This document shows, one piece after another, positions 25,028 to 33,943 of a stretch of 40,000 bases of DNA. The stretch's first letter is position 1, and every line of letters begins with the position of its first letter. A program made the translations under genes and the position numbers. The notes below the pieces were generated by a model. The model was not told the origin of the DNA, made no database searches, and saw only the letters and a list, made by a program, of their open reading frames with translations. The stretch comes from Streptomyces sp. NPDC005262 (GTDB taxonomy: Bacteria > Actinomycetota > Actinomycetes > Streptomycetales > Streptomycetaceae), in the NCBI RefSeq assembly GCF_042872425.1, contig NZ_JBIAKK010000002.1, forward strand, positions 224,785-264,784. Reading direction: 5' to 3'.

Positions 25028-25596
25028 CAGTCGCGGGTGATGCCGTGCATCGGGGAGTGCTCGGGGTACGTCGGGACCTGCGGCTTCCGGGTGCCGATGA
25101 TGACGCAGAACAGGGCGTCGGTGTCGCCCTCGTTCTTCAGCGAGCGGGCCACTCCGGCGGGCACGACGATCATGTCGCGGTAGCCGAGGGTGCGGTACTC
25201 GACCTCGTCGGCGCCGCGGTGGATGCCGACCCGGACCTGGCCCTCGAGGACGAAGAAGGCTTCCTCGACGTCGTGGTGGGTGTGCTCGGGGCCCTCGGCG
25301 CCGGGCGGCAGCAGCATGTTGGAGAAGGTGAAGCCGCCGGACGGGATGATGCGGTTGTCGTTCTCGTGGTTGCCGGTGGCGCCGGAGCCGACGTAGCGGA
25401 TCTGGGCGCGCTTGTACTGGTCGCCGGCCTTCGCCTGGAAGGAGAGGGTGTTCCAGTCGGGCTCGCGGGAGTCCTTGGTGGCGATGAGCGAGTCGGTGTA
25501 CTTCGCGAGGTCGCCGTCGGTCTCGTAGGGGGTGTTGTCGATGGGCACGGGTTGCTCCTCGGTTCGTTGGTGCGGGTGGGGGCGGGCCGTCGTCAC
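25027..25596 (-). CDS. Cupin-domain protein
   Basis: The cupin core is GPEHTHHDVEEAFFVLEGQVRV...VVPAGVARSL. GTG 25596 overlaps the hydrolase stop (GTGA). GTG 25548, preceded by GAGGAG, is a credible alternative start. Confidence 0.7.
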   Translation of the reverse strand: MTTARPHPHQRTEEQPVPIDNTPYETDGDLAKYTDSLIATKDSREPDWNTLSFQAKAGDQYKRAQIRYVGSGATGNHENDNRIIPSGGFTFSNMLLPPGAEGPEHTHHDVEEAFFVLEGQVRVGIHRGADEVEYRTLGYRDMIVVPAGVARSLKNEGDTDALFCVIIGTRKPQVPTYPEHSPMHGITRD

Positions 25597-26393
25597 GCGG
25601 GGGTGCGGGCGACGACGTGGAGGTGGGCGCGGACCCAGGCGTTGAAGGCCTCGGGCCGTTCCTGGTTGGAGAGGTGTCCGGCGCCGGAGAGGGTCACGTA
25701 CACGGACTTGGTGAGACCGCCCGCGATGGCTTGGGACTCCTCGGTTCCGGTGACGGTGTCCTGCTCGCCGCAGAGGACGAGGGCCGGTGCGTTGACGGCG
25801 GGCAGGTCGTCGGTGAGGTCGGCCTCGGCCATCGCGTCGGCGGCGTAGCCGTATCCGGGGGTACGGATGGAGGCGGCCATCGTCGCCACGACGCGTTCGA
25901 CGAGTTCGGCGGGGGCGTCGGCGGAGACGAGGCGCGGGCCGCGGGCCGCGGCGAAGGCGTCCGGGCCCTCGGCGGCGAGCTGTGCCGCGCGGGCGCGCAT
26001 GGCGGCCGCCTTGTCCGGGTGGATGCCGGAGCCACGGCTGGAGTCGGCGACTATCAGCGACTCGACGAGGTCGGGGTGGCGGGCTGCAAGGCGCAGGGCG
26101 ATGACGCCGCCCCAGGAGACGCCGAGGACGTGGGCGCGGCCGCCGCGGTCACGGATCAGCGCGGCCGCGGTGTCGGCGTAGCCGTCGAGGCCGGGGGCCC
26201 GGCCGGGGTCGGCGGAGGCCGCGTACCCGGGGGCGTCCCAGGCGACGACCCGTACCTGGTCGGAGAGTCCGGCCAGTTGCGGGGCGAAGGCGGCGGAGGA
26301 GGAGCCGATGCCGTGCAGGCAGAGCAGCAGCGGTGCGTCGGGGTCCCCGGCCTCCTGGGTGTGGACGGCCGCGGTGGTGAGGGTGGCGGTCAC
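25593..26393 (-). CDS. Alpha/beta-fold hydrolase (meta-cleavage-product-hydrolase-like)
   Basis: This is the C-terminal 266 codons of the listed 457-aa ORF, from GTG 26393 (VTATLTTAAVHTQEAGDPDAPLLLCLHGIGSS...). The nucleophile elbow is GVSWGG. The GTGA overlaps the upstream stop. Confidence 0.8.
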   Translation of the reverse strand: MTATLTTAAVHTQEAGDPDAPLLLCLHGIGSSSAAFAPQLAGLSDQVRVVAWDAPGYAASADPGRAPGLDGYADTAAALIRDRGGRAHVLGVSWGGVIALRLAARHPDLVESLIVADSSRGSGIHPDKAAAMRARAAQLAAEGPDAFAAARGPRLVSADAPAELVERVVATMAASIRTPGYGYAADAMAEADLTDDLPAVNAPALVLCGEQDTVTGTEESQAIAGGLTKSVYVTLSGAGHLSNQERPEAFNAWVRAHLHVVARTPA

Positions 26394-27235
26394 AGGATCT
26401 GTCCTGACCGGCCGACGACGGCTGCGAGGCTGCGCAGCACGGCGTGCGGCACGACCTGGCTGGTGGCGGGGTTCGTGGCGTCGGGCCGGTGGGCGACCTC
26501 GAAGCGGTAGGTGCCGTGCGGGCCGTCCGCCTCGATGACGTGCCGGGTGAGGGCGGCGGCCGGGTCGGCGACGACGACGACCTCGACGAGGTCGGGGTCG
26601 CCGGTCGCGAGGGCCACGGACGCGGCGACGTTGGTGGACTTGGGGAACTTCACCGGAACGTCGCGGGCGGTGCCGCGCATCACCTCGACCGGTCCGGTGG
26701 TGGTCCGCAGCCGTTCGGTGAGTTCGGCGTCCATCCACGGCTGATGGAGGGTGGTGGGCAGTTTGGTGGTGGTCAGGCGTACGGAGGTGAGGTTGCCCAG
26801 CCCCGTGACGGCCTGTAGGAGGTCGAGTCCGCCGACGGCGCCGCCGGTGAAGTAGACGCGTCCGGGGCCGGCTGTGCGCAGCCGCTCGACGAGTTCGGGG
26901 TCGACGAGCGCTCCGGTGGAGGCGATCAGCAGGTCGGTTCCGCTGTCGAGGACCCGCTCGGCCCACTCCCGTACGACGGCCTGGCCTGCGGCTTCGACGA
27001 TGAGGTCGCAGACGGCGAGGGCGTCTTCGAAGGACAGCTGGGGTGCGGGGGCGTCGACGAGGGGCCGGTTGTCGATGATGCAGGTCAGTTCGGCGCCGGG
27101 GATGTGTCCCTCGGCGAGGGCGGTGCCGACGACACGTCCGATGGCGCCCCAGCCGACGAGTCCGATGCGTCGCGCGGGTCGCGTGGGGTGCGCGGTGCGG
27201 TCGACGGAGGTGGGTCGGTCGGTGGTGGTGGTCAT
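26390..27235 (-). CDS. Aspartate-dehydrogenase-domain (NadX-like) NAD(P)-dependent oxidoreductase
   Basis: The ATG 27235 start (MTTTTDRPTS...RIGLVGWGAIGRVV...) gives 281 aa with a Rossmann N-terminus plus an AspDH-like C-terminal domain. It overlaps the upstream stop (ATGA). Confidence 0.7.
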   Translation of the reverse strand: MTTTTDRPTSVDRTAHPTRPARRIGLVGWGAIGRVVGTALAEGHIPGAELTCIIDNRPLVDAPAPQLSFEDALAVCDLIVEAAGQAVVREWAERVLDSGTDLLIASTGALVDPELVERLRTAGPGRVYFTGGAVGGLDLLQAVTGLGNLTSVRLTTTKLPTTLHQPWMDAELTERLRTTTGPVEVMRGTARDVPVKFPKSTNVAASVALATGDPDLVEVVVVADPAAALTRHVIEADGPHGTYRFEVAHRPDATNPATSQVVPHAVLRSLAAVVGRSGQIL

Positions 27236-28218
27236 GCGGACACCTCGTCGGTGGTGGGGGCCAGTGGCCCGGGATCGGGTTCGCCCGCCATGTGGCAGCG
27301 GATCTTCTGGGACGGCGGACCTGCTGTCCCCCACAGGTCGGAGAGGTCGGGGGTGCGCCGCCAGACCTTGGCGATCCAGGCGTCCTCGACGATCTGGGCG
27401 ACCTCGGAGGTGTATTCGCAGACGAGTCCGGCGGGGTCGGTGAAGTACGAGAAGGTGTTGTTGCCGGGTCCGTGCCGGCCGGGCCCCCACTGGGGGTTGA
27501 TGCCGTGGTGGCGGAGCCGGCCGAGGCCGCGCATGAAGTGGTCCACCGATGTCATCTCGTACGCCACGTGGTTCAGTGACGCCCACGCGGCCTGGTTGAA
27601 GGCAATGCAGTGGTGGTCGGCGTTGCAGCGCAGGAAGGCCATCTGGTGCTCGGACCAGTCGGAGACGCGCAGCCCGAGGACCGAGGTGTAGAAGGCGACG
27701 GCGGCGTCGATGTCGGCGGTGTTGAGGACGGTGTGGGTGACGCCGACGGGGACGGCGGCGTCCCGGCCGCGCGGGGTGACGGCGTGCGTCTGGGCGCTGA
27801 GCTCGATGAGCCGGCCCTCGGGGTCGGTGAAGCGGAGTCCGTATCCGCCGCCGACCTGGTCGAGGGGGCCGGGACCGGCGACGGGGGCGATGCCCCTGGC
27901 GAGGAGGCGGCGGGCGGCCTCGTCGATCTCGGCGGGGGTGGCCACGGCGAAGGTGATGCGGCCGAGGCCGTTGCGTTCGCCGCGGGTGAGGGCGAGGACG
28001 TGGTGTTCTTCACCGGCGCCGCGCAGCCAGGCGGCGTCGCGGTCCTGCTCGACGGGTTCCAGACCCCACACCTCGGTGTAGAAGTCCGTGGACTCGGTGA
28101 AGGCGGGGGTGTGCAGCTCGACGGAGCGCAGGGCGCGCAGCCGGGCGACGGGTTCGAGCGGGACGGCGGCGGGGCGGGCGTGGAGGTTCTCGTACGCCGT
28201 GCGGTTCTCGTCGGTCAT
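27232..28218 (-). CDS. Two-domain VOC-family extradiol ring-cleavage dioxygenase
   Basis: ATG 28218 is preceded by GGAGA and gives 328 aa. It has two glyoxalase/VOC modules (VELHTPAFTESTDFYTEVWGLEP... and VTHTVLNTADIDAAVAFYTSVLGLRVSD...HHCIAF...LNHVAYE). ATG 28248 is an alternative start. Confidence 0.8.
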   Translation of the reverse strand: MTDENRTAYENLHARPAAVPLEPVARLRALRSVELHTPAFTESTDFYTEVWGLEPVEQDRDAAWLRGAGEEHHVLALTRGERNGLGRITFAVATPAEIDEAARRLLARGIAPVAGPGPLDQVGGGYGLRFTDPEGRLIELSAQTHAVTPRGRDAAVPVGVTHTVLNTADIDAAVAFYTSVLGLRVSDWSEHQMAFLRCNADHHCIAFNQAAWASLNHVAYEMTSVDHFMRGLGRLRHHGINPQWGPGRHGPGNNTFSYFTDPAGLVCEYTSEVAQIVEDAWIAKVWRRTPDLSDLWGTAGPPSQKIRCHMAGEPDPGPLAPTTDEVSA

Positions 28219-28247
28219 GTGGTTCTCCGGCTCCTCGTCTGTCGGCA

Positions 28248-29729
28248 TCAGTTGGCGGCCCAGGGCAGCGGGGCGGTGCCGGTGCCCCAGTAGAGGGACT
28301 TCTGCCGCTGGTAGCCGCGGATCAGGTCGCGGCCCTTCTCGGTGCCGATGCCGCTGTCCTTCAGCCCGCCGAACGGGGTGGAGATGCTGAACTGCTTGTA
28401 CGTGTTGATCCAGACCGTTCCGGCGTCGATACGGCGGGCGACCCGCCAGGCCTTGGCGTGGTCCCGGGTCCACAGTCCGCAGGCGAGGCCGTACACGCTG
28501 TCGTTGGCCTGGGCGACGAGGTCGTCCTCGTCGTCGAAGGGCAGGGCGACGAGCACGGGTCCGAAGATCTCTTCCTGGCAGACCCTGGCGGTGTTCGGGA
28601 GGCCGTCGAGGACGGTGGGGAGGTAGTAGGCGCCGTCGCGGTAGGAGTCGCCTTCGGGGGCCGCTCCCCCGCACCGGACGGTGGCGCCTTCCTCACGGGC
28701 CAGGTCGACGTAGGCGGCGACGCTGTCACGGTGCTTGTGGTGCACGAGAGGGGCGACCTGGGTGTCCGGGTCGGTGCCGGGTCCGACGCGCAGCTTCTCG
28801 GTGCGGGCGACGAGTTCACCGACGAATTCCTCGTACCGCGAGCGGGCGACGAAGAGCCGCGATCCTGCGATGCAGCTCTGGCCGCTGGAGGAGAAGACGC
28901 CGTACATGACGCCCGCCAGGGCCTGCTCCAGGTCGGCGTCGTCGAAGACGATCGTCGGCGACTTGCCGCCGAGTTCCAGCGACACGGGGATCAGCTTGTC
29001 GGCGGCGGCGTGCGCGAGAGTGCGGCCGGTGCTCGTGCCACCGGTGAAGGTGATCTTCCCGACGGCCGGGTGGCGGACGATCGCGTCGCCGATGACGCTG
29101 CCGCGGCCGGGCAGCACGGAGAGCAGTGCGGCGGGCAGCGCGGCCTCGGTCAGCGCCTGGTGGACGAGGCGGCCGAGGGCGAGGGCGACGAGCGGGGTCC
29201 ACTCCGCGGGCTTGAGGAGGACCGCGTTGCCCGCGGCGAGCGCGGGGGCGAGCTTCTGGGCGTCGCTGGCGATGGGCGAGTTCCACGGGGTGATCGCGCC
29301 GACGACGCCGATGGGCTCGTGGACGCTCATCGTGACGTACGGGCCGCGGGACGGGGTGATCGCGTCCTCCGCGGTCTCCAGTGCGGCGGCGGTGTAGCGG
29401 AAGGTGCCCGCGGCGCTCAGTACGAGGGCGCGGGTCTCGGTACGGCACTTGCCGGTGTCGGCGGTCTGCAGGGCGGAGAGCCGGTCGGCGTCGCGCTCGA
29501 CGAGGTCGGCGATGCGGTGCAGCAGCCGGGCCCGCAGATGGGCGGGCAGCTCACGCCAGGCGGGGTCGTGGGCCGCGTGGACGGCGGCGGTCACGGCGTC
29601 CTCGACGTCGTCGAGGGATACGGCGTGCACGGTGGCGATGACCTGGCCGGTGGCCGGGTCGACGGTCTCGATGGGGGCACCGCGGCCCTGCCGCCACTGC
29701 CCTGCGACCAACACTTCGTCGGCAAGCAT
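28248..29729 (-). CDS. NAD(P)-dependent aldehyde dehydrogenase
   Basis: 493 aa. Motifs are FTGGTSTGR, LELGGKSP and SSSGQSCIAGSR (catalytic Cys). GGAGG lies 8 nt upstream of the ATG. It is the first gene of the operon. Confidence 0.9.
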   Translation of the reverse strand: MLADEVLVAGQWRQGRGAPIETVDPATGQVIATVHAVSLDDVEDAVTAAVHAAHDPAWRELPAHLRARLLHRIADLVERDADRLSALQTADTGKCRTETRALVLSAAGTFRYTAAALETAEDAITPSRGPYVTMSVHEPIGVVGAITPWNSPIASDAQKLAPALAAGNAVLLKPAEWTPLVALALGRLVHQALTEAALPAALLSVLPGRGSVIGDAIVRHPAVGKITFTGGTSTGRTLAHAAADKLIPVSLELGGKSPTIVFDDADLEQALAGVMYGVFSSSGQSCIAGSRLFVARSRYEEFVGELVARTEKLRVGPGTDPDTQVAPLVHHKHRDSVAAYVDLAREEGATVRCGGAAPEGDSYRDGAYYLPTVLDGLPNTARVCQEEIFGPVLVALPFDDEDDLVAQANDSVYGLACGLWTRDHAKAWRVARRIDAGTVWINTYKQFSISTPFGGLKDSGIGTEKGRDLIRGYQRQKSLYWGTGTAPLPWAAN

Positions 29730-29773
29730 CAGTTGGCCTCCTGCAGTCGATACGGTTACCTCAGAGCTAAAAA

Positions 29774-29894
29774 TCTAAGCGCTTAAATAATTCACCGCAA
29801 GACCCCTTCGTAAAAACTCTTTTGCCCTGGAGGTCTTGACGACCTCCACCCCCGGCCCGATAAAACTTAAGCCCTAAGAAGCTAGGTCCCTTAG
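29774..29894. promoter_or_regulatory. AT-rich divergent control region with repeated CTAAG/CTTAAG elements
   Basis: A perfect palindrome TAAGCGCTTA lies at 29776-29785. CTTAAG is at 29866-29871. CTAAG (29874-29878) and CTTAG (29890-29894) form an inverted pair. An 8-bp-stem hairpin at 29828-29848 has TTGAC as its loop. Confidence 0.35.
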
Positions 29895-30052
29895 AGAGCA
29901 GCCGACGGCAGTGGTGGGCGGTCTCACAAGCTCACGAGCCCCGCACCGCCATGCCGTCCCCGTACGCTCAGCTCACTCCCGTACACCCCCGCTCTCCCGC
30001 ACGCCTGGCTCCCCAACCGCTCCGCCCCCACGCGGAGCAGGAGGAACCCTCG

Positions 30053-31480
30053 ATGACCCGGCCCACCGCCGCCACCCGCGAAGCCGTCACCGCCCGTGAC
30101 GCCATAGCCGCCCGCTTCGAGCGGCTGCCGGCCTCCCGCTGGCACGTCACCGTCCGCCTCGTCGTCGGCGTCGTCACCTTCTTCGAGGCCTTCGACCAGC
30201 TGCTGATCGCGTACGCACTGCCCGAGCTCCGGCAGGAGTGGCACCTGACCGACGGCGATGCCACGTCGGTGCTCACCGTCGGCTCGGTCGGCATGCTCAT
30301 CGGCGCGCTGCTGTCGGGCCGGCTGGCCGACAGGTTCGGCCGGGTCCGGGTGATCGCGTACTGCGTGGCCGCCTCGGGACTGGCCGGCCTCGCCCTCGTG
30401 GCCTGCACGTCGCTCACCCCGTTCCTCGCACTGCGCTTCGTTCAGGGGCTCGCGATCGGCGGTGAGGTGCCGGTGGCCGCCGCGTTCATCAGCGAGATCA
30501 CCCGGAGCTTCAAGCGGGGCCGCTTCGTCCTGCTGTACGAACTCGTCTTCCCGGCCGGACTGACCGTCGGCGCCCTGGCCGCCGCGTGGCTGGTGCCCGC
30601 GGCCGGCTGGCGCGTGATGTTCGCGGTCGCGGCCGTCCCCGGGCTGCTCGCGTTCCTCGTCCAGCGCACCGTTCCCGAATCGCCGCGCTGGCTGGCGGAC
30701 CGTGGGCGGACGGCGGAGGCCGAGGCGGTCATGGACGAGATCGAGGCGAAGGTGTCGGCCGCCACGGGCGAACCGCTGCCGCCGGTCCGGTACTCCCCCG
30801 GACCCCCGGCACATCCCGGGTCCCCGACGGCCAAGGCGGCCACCGCCGCGGAGCGCACCGCCACCGGGCTGCGTTCCCTGTTCACCGGCCGCTACCGCCG
30901 CCGCACCCTGGTGGTGGGTGCGATCTGGTTCACCGGCTACTTCGTCAACTACGGCGTGACGTCCTGGCTGCCCAGCATCTACAAGGACGGGTACGGCCTC
31001 ACGCTCTCCGACGCCCTGCTCTACTCCACGGTCACCTCGGTCGCCGGACTGCTCGGCTGCCTGCTGGTCGCACTCACCGTGGACATCCTCGGCCGCCGCA
31101 AGATCTTCGCGATCTTCCTGGGGGGCTCCGCCGCGCTCCTGCTGACCCTGGCCGCACTCGGCGCCCACAGCCCCGCCCAGGTCCTGATCTGGACCTCGCT
31201 GTCGGCCGTCGGCTTCTTCGGATCCAACATCTGCCTGTACCTGTACACGCCGGAGCTGTACCCGACCCGGATGCGCGCCCTCGGCTGCAGTGTCGGCGGC
31301 GCGGTCAATCGCCTCGGCGTGATCCTGGGACCGATCCTGGTCGGCGCGGTCTACGCCGCCGGGAACAACGTCGCCGCGGTCTTCGTGATGCTCGGTGCGG
31401 TGGCGCTGGTCGGCGCGGTGGTGGCAGGCGCCCTGGCCGAGGAGACGGCCGACCGGCCGCTGGAGGAGATCTCCCCCTGA
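30053..31480 (+). CDS. MFS transporter (aromatic-acid/metabolite:H+ symporter-like)
   Basis: ATG 30053 is preceded by GGAGCAGGAGG. The 475-aa protein has 12-TM-type hydrophobicity, the loop motif GRLADRFGRVR, and PESPRWL. Confidence 0.85.
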   Translation: MTRPTAATREAVTARDAIAARFERLPASRWHVTVRLVVGVVTFFEAFDQLLIAYALPELRQEWHLTDGDATSVLTVGSVGMLIGALLSGRLADRFGRVRVIAYCVAASGLAGLALVACTSLTPFLALRFVQGLAIGGEVPVAAAFISEITRSFKRGRFVLLYELVFPAGLTVGALAAAWLVPAAGWRVMFAVAAVPGLLAFLVQRTVPESPRWLADRGRTAEAEAVMDEIEAKVSAATGEPLPPVRYSPGPPAHPGSPTAKAATAAERTATGLRSLFTGRYRRRTLVVGAIWFTGYFVNYGVTSWLPSIYKDGYGLTLSDALLYSTVTSVAGLLGCLLVALTVDILGRRKIFAIFLGGSAALLLTLAALGAHSPAQVLIWTSLSAVGFFGSNICLYLYTPELYPTRMRALGCSVGGAVNRLGVILGPILVGAVYAAGNNVAAVFVMLGAVALVGAVVAGALAEETADRPLEEISP

Positions 31481-31604
31481 CCGCCCCGCGCACCGCGCTC
31501 GCGACGTCGTCTGCGGGCCGCCCGGTGCCGTTCGGTGCGATCAGCGCCCGCGCCGCGGCGCCGGCGCGCGGTGTGTCCCCGCAGACGGGAGCCCGCGCGG
31601 GGGG

Positions 31605-32192
31605 TCACCGCGCCGCAGCGGACATCTCCTCGGGACGCCGGTGGTGGAGGAGGACGACCCCGTTGCCGAAGCTCCGGGTCCCGACGAGCCGCAGATCGCT
31701 CTTCACGTCCGCCGGACCGAACAGCGGCTTGCCCCGGCCGATGAGGACCGGATGGACGTAGACGCGGTACTCGTCGATCAGATCGTGCTTCCTGAAGGCC
31801 GCGGCGAGATCGGCGCCACCGAGGGACAGGTCCCCGCCCGGCTGCGCCTTGAGCGCCATGATCTCCTCGGGGACGACGTCCCGCACCACGGTGGTGTTCC
31901 AGTCGGCCCGCTCCAGGGTCCTGGAGAACACGAGCTTGGGCATGTCCCGCCAGATACCGGCGAACTCCGCCATCGGCCCGGCATTCGAGGGGTCGGCGTC
32001 CGCCGTCGGCCAGAACCCGGCCATCAGCTCGTGGGTGACACGACCGCTCAGAAAGCCGCCCATCGCTGCGAGTTCCTCGTTGAAATGTCTGTGCAACTCG
32101 TCGTCGACCAGGTGCCAGCCGATGTCGCGGTCCGGCCCCTCGATGAATCCGTCGAGGGATACCGACATCATCAGGATGACTTTTCTCATCAC
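31605..32192 (-). CDS. Dihydrofolate-reductase-family (RibD C-terminal domain) protein
   Basis: 195 aa. MRKVILMMSVSLDGFIEGPDRDIGWH...DEYRVYVHPVLIGRGKPLF is typical of the RibD_C/DHFR-like family. Confidence 0.75.
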   Translation of the reverse strand: MMRKVILMMSVSLDGFIEGPDRDIGWHLVDDELHRHFNEELAAMGGFLSGRVTHELMAGFWPTADADPSNAGPMAEFAGIWRDMPKLVFSRTLERADWNTTVVRDVVPEEIMALKAQPGGDLSLGGADLAAAFRKHDLIDEYRVYVHPVLIGRGKPLFGPADVKSDLRLVGTRSFGNGVVLLHHRRPEEMSAAAR

Positions 32193-32449
32193 GGTCCTCG
32201 CCGACCATCGGGGTTCGGGGGTCCAACGGCTCGGGCCGGAGGTACGCCGACCGGGCCCTCTCGATCAGGCAGTCGGCCCCGACGGGAAGGTCCCGCTCGA
32301 CAGCTCCGCGGCCCGTTCCTTGTCGTACGCGACGAACGCCGTCAGCACAAGCCCCGACGGCACCGCCCAACCTGCCCACCGGGACGACGACAACGCGGAA
32401 CGCCACCCGGTCGGTGGAGGACGGCGGGGAGCGGACGGACGCGAGGGAT

Positions 32450-32785
32450 TCACCCCTCAGCGGCTGCGCCGCCGGCCGGAGGGTCGCCGGCGATCCGCTC
32501 ATGGTGCCTGATCACTTCAGCGATGATGAAGTTGAGGAGCTTCTCCGCGAAGGCCGGATCCAGCCTCGCGTTCTCCGCGAGGCGCCGCAGACGGGCGATC
32601 TGTTCGGCTTCGCGGTCGGGGTCGGCCGGCGGCAGCTTGTGGTTCGCCTTGAGATGGCCGACCTGCTGGGTGCACTTGAAGCGCTCGGCGAGCATGTGGA
32701 CAACAGCAGCGTCGATGTTGTCGATGCTTTCGCGGAGCCGGTTCAGTTCCGCGCGTACGGACTCGTCGGTGTCGCTGGTGGTCAT
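32450..32785 (-). CDS. Chorismate mutase (AroQ class)
   Basis: 111 aa. LNRLRESIDNIDAAVVHMLAERFKCTQQVGHLK...REAEQIARL is a helical AroQ signature. Confidence 0.85.
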   Translation of the reverse strand: MTTSDTDESVRAELNRLRESIDNIDAAVVHMLAERFKCTQQVGHLKANHKLPPADPDREAEQIARLRRLAENARLDPAFAEKLLNFIIAEVIRHHERIAGDPPAGGAAAEG

Positions 32786-32835
32786 GGTCGACGAGCTTAG
32801 ACGGCCGGGGCCGGGGCCCTGCCGCGGGACAGCCC

Positions 32836-33720
32836 TCAGGGACTGATCATCGGTGGGTGGTCCGGGTCGGGGATCGTGTCGCTCCAGCCGCCCGGTACGG
32901 CGCGGCCCTGCTGTTCACGGAAGCGGACCGGGGCGGTGCCGACGCGGCGGGCGAACAGGCGGGAGAAGTAGGCGGGGTCGTCGTAGCCGACGCGGCGGGC
33001 GACCGCGGCGACGGGCAGTTCGGTCGCGGCGAGAAGTTCCTTGGCGCGGCCGAGACGGATGCCCAGGAGGTAGTCCTTGGGGCTGCAGCCGGCGCCGCGT
33101 CGTACCGCGGTGCGCAGTTCGGCGGGCGTCATGTTGTGCCGGGCGGCGTGTTCGGCGACCGAGAGCGGCTGGAACGCATCGCGGGCGAGAGCCTTCAGGA
33201 CCGGGTCGCCGTCGGGGCTGACATCGGCGCGGGCCCGGCGCAGGGCGACGAGGAGTTCATGGACGGCGGCGCCGGTCTCGACCTCCAGCAGCGGGTTGCC
33301 GCGTCGGGCCGCGCGGACGATCCGGCTCACCGCGGCGCGCGGGCCCGCCGTGTCGGCGAGGGGGACGAGGGGGCGGTCCGGTTCGATGTAGCCGAGTTCG
33401 GTGTACGTGGCGGTGGCGGGGCCGGTGAAGTCGACGAAACTCTCGTCCCAGCCGGTGCCCGGGTCGGCGCCGTAGTGGTGCGGGGTGCCGGGGGTCAGCC
33501 AGATCAGGCTGGGGGCGGTGACGGGCAGCCGGCGGCCGTCGGGGCTGCCGAACCAGCCGCTGCCCGAGTGGATCACGACGGCCACGTGGTGGTCCAGGGT
33601 GCGGGGGCCGACCGTGGGCAGCGCGCCGTGCTGCAGGCCGACCCCCAGGCAGACGAGGCCCAGCCGGTGGTGGAGCGGGCTGGGCGTGAAGAAGCGCATC
33701 CAGGTGTGGTACGTCGACAT
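32836..33720 (-). CDS. AraC-family transcriptional regulator
   Basis: The ATG 33720 start (MSTYHTWMRFF...) gives 294 aa. The C-terminal AraC HTH pair has LSVAEHAARHNMTPAELRTAVRR...LPVAAVARRVGYDDPAYFSRLFARRVG. It is divergent from the GH35 gene. Confidence 0.8.
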   Translation of the reverse strand: MSTYHTWMRFFTPSPLHHRLGLVCLGVGLQHGALPTVGPRTLDHHVAVVIHSGSGWFGSPDGRRLPVTAPSLIWLTPGTPHHYGADPGTGWDESFVDFTGPATATYTELGYIEPDRPLVPLADTAGPRAAVSRIVRAARRGNPLLEVETGAAVHELLVALRRARADVSPDGDPVLKALARDAFQPLSVAEHAARHNMTPAELRTAVRRGAGCSPKDYLLGIRLGRAKELLAATELPVAAVARRVGYDDPAYFSRLFARRVGTAPVRFREQQGRAVPGGWSDTIPDPDHPPMISP

Positions 33721-33943
33721 CGGCTTTCCTTCCCCCGCTCCGCTCGGCCGGGGTCGGGTCGGTGATCTGCGCGTTGTGTCCAAACAGCAGCGATCTTTGT
33801 CCATGGACCGGCCGCACGCCAGGGGGCGAGGGTGGCTGCAGCATTCCTCCCGGGTCCGCCCGCTCCGTGGTGCGTACCGTCGTGCGGCCTCGGGGCGCGC
33901 GGCTTCGGGGGTGGGACCGGCGCAACAGGAGAGTACGAGCACG

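Noticed and set aside
26394-28674. Long N-terminal extensions of the hydrolase (to 26966), AspDH-like (to 27586) and dioxygenase (to 28674) ORFs
   Set aside because: Each extension overlaps the well-supported upstream gene in another frame and is Arg/Pro-rich. Internal starts at 26393, 27235 and 28218 give ATGA/GTGA coupling or a good RBS, and full-length domains.
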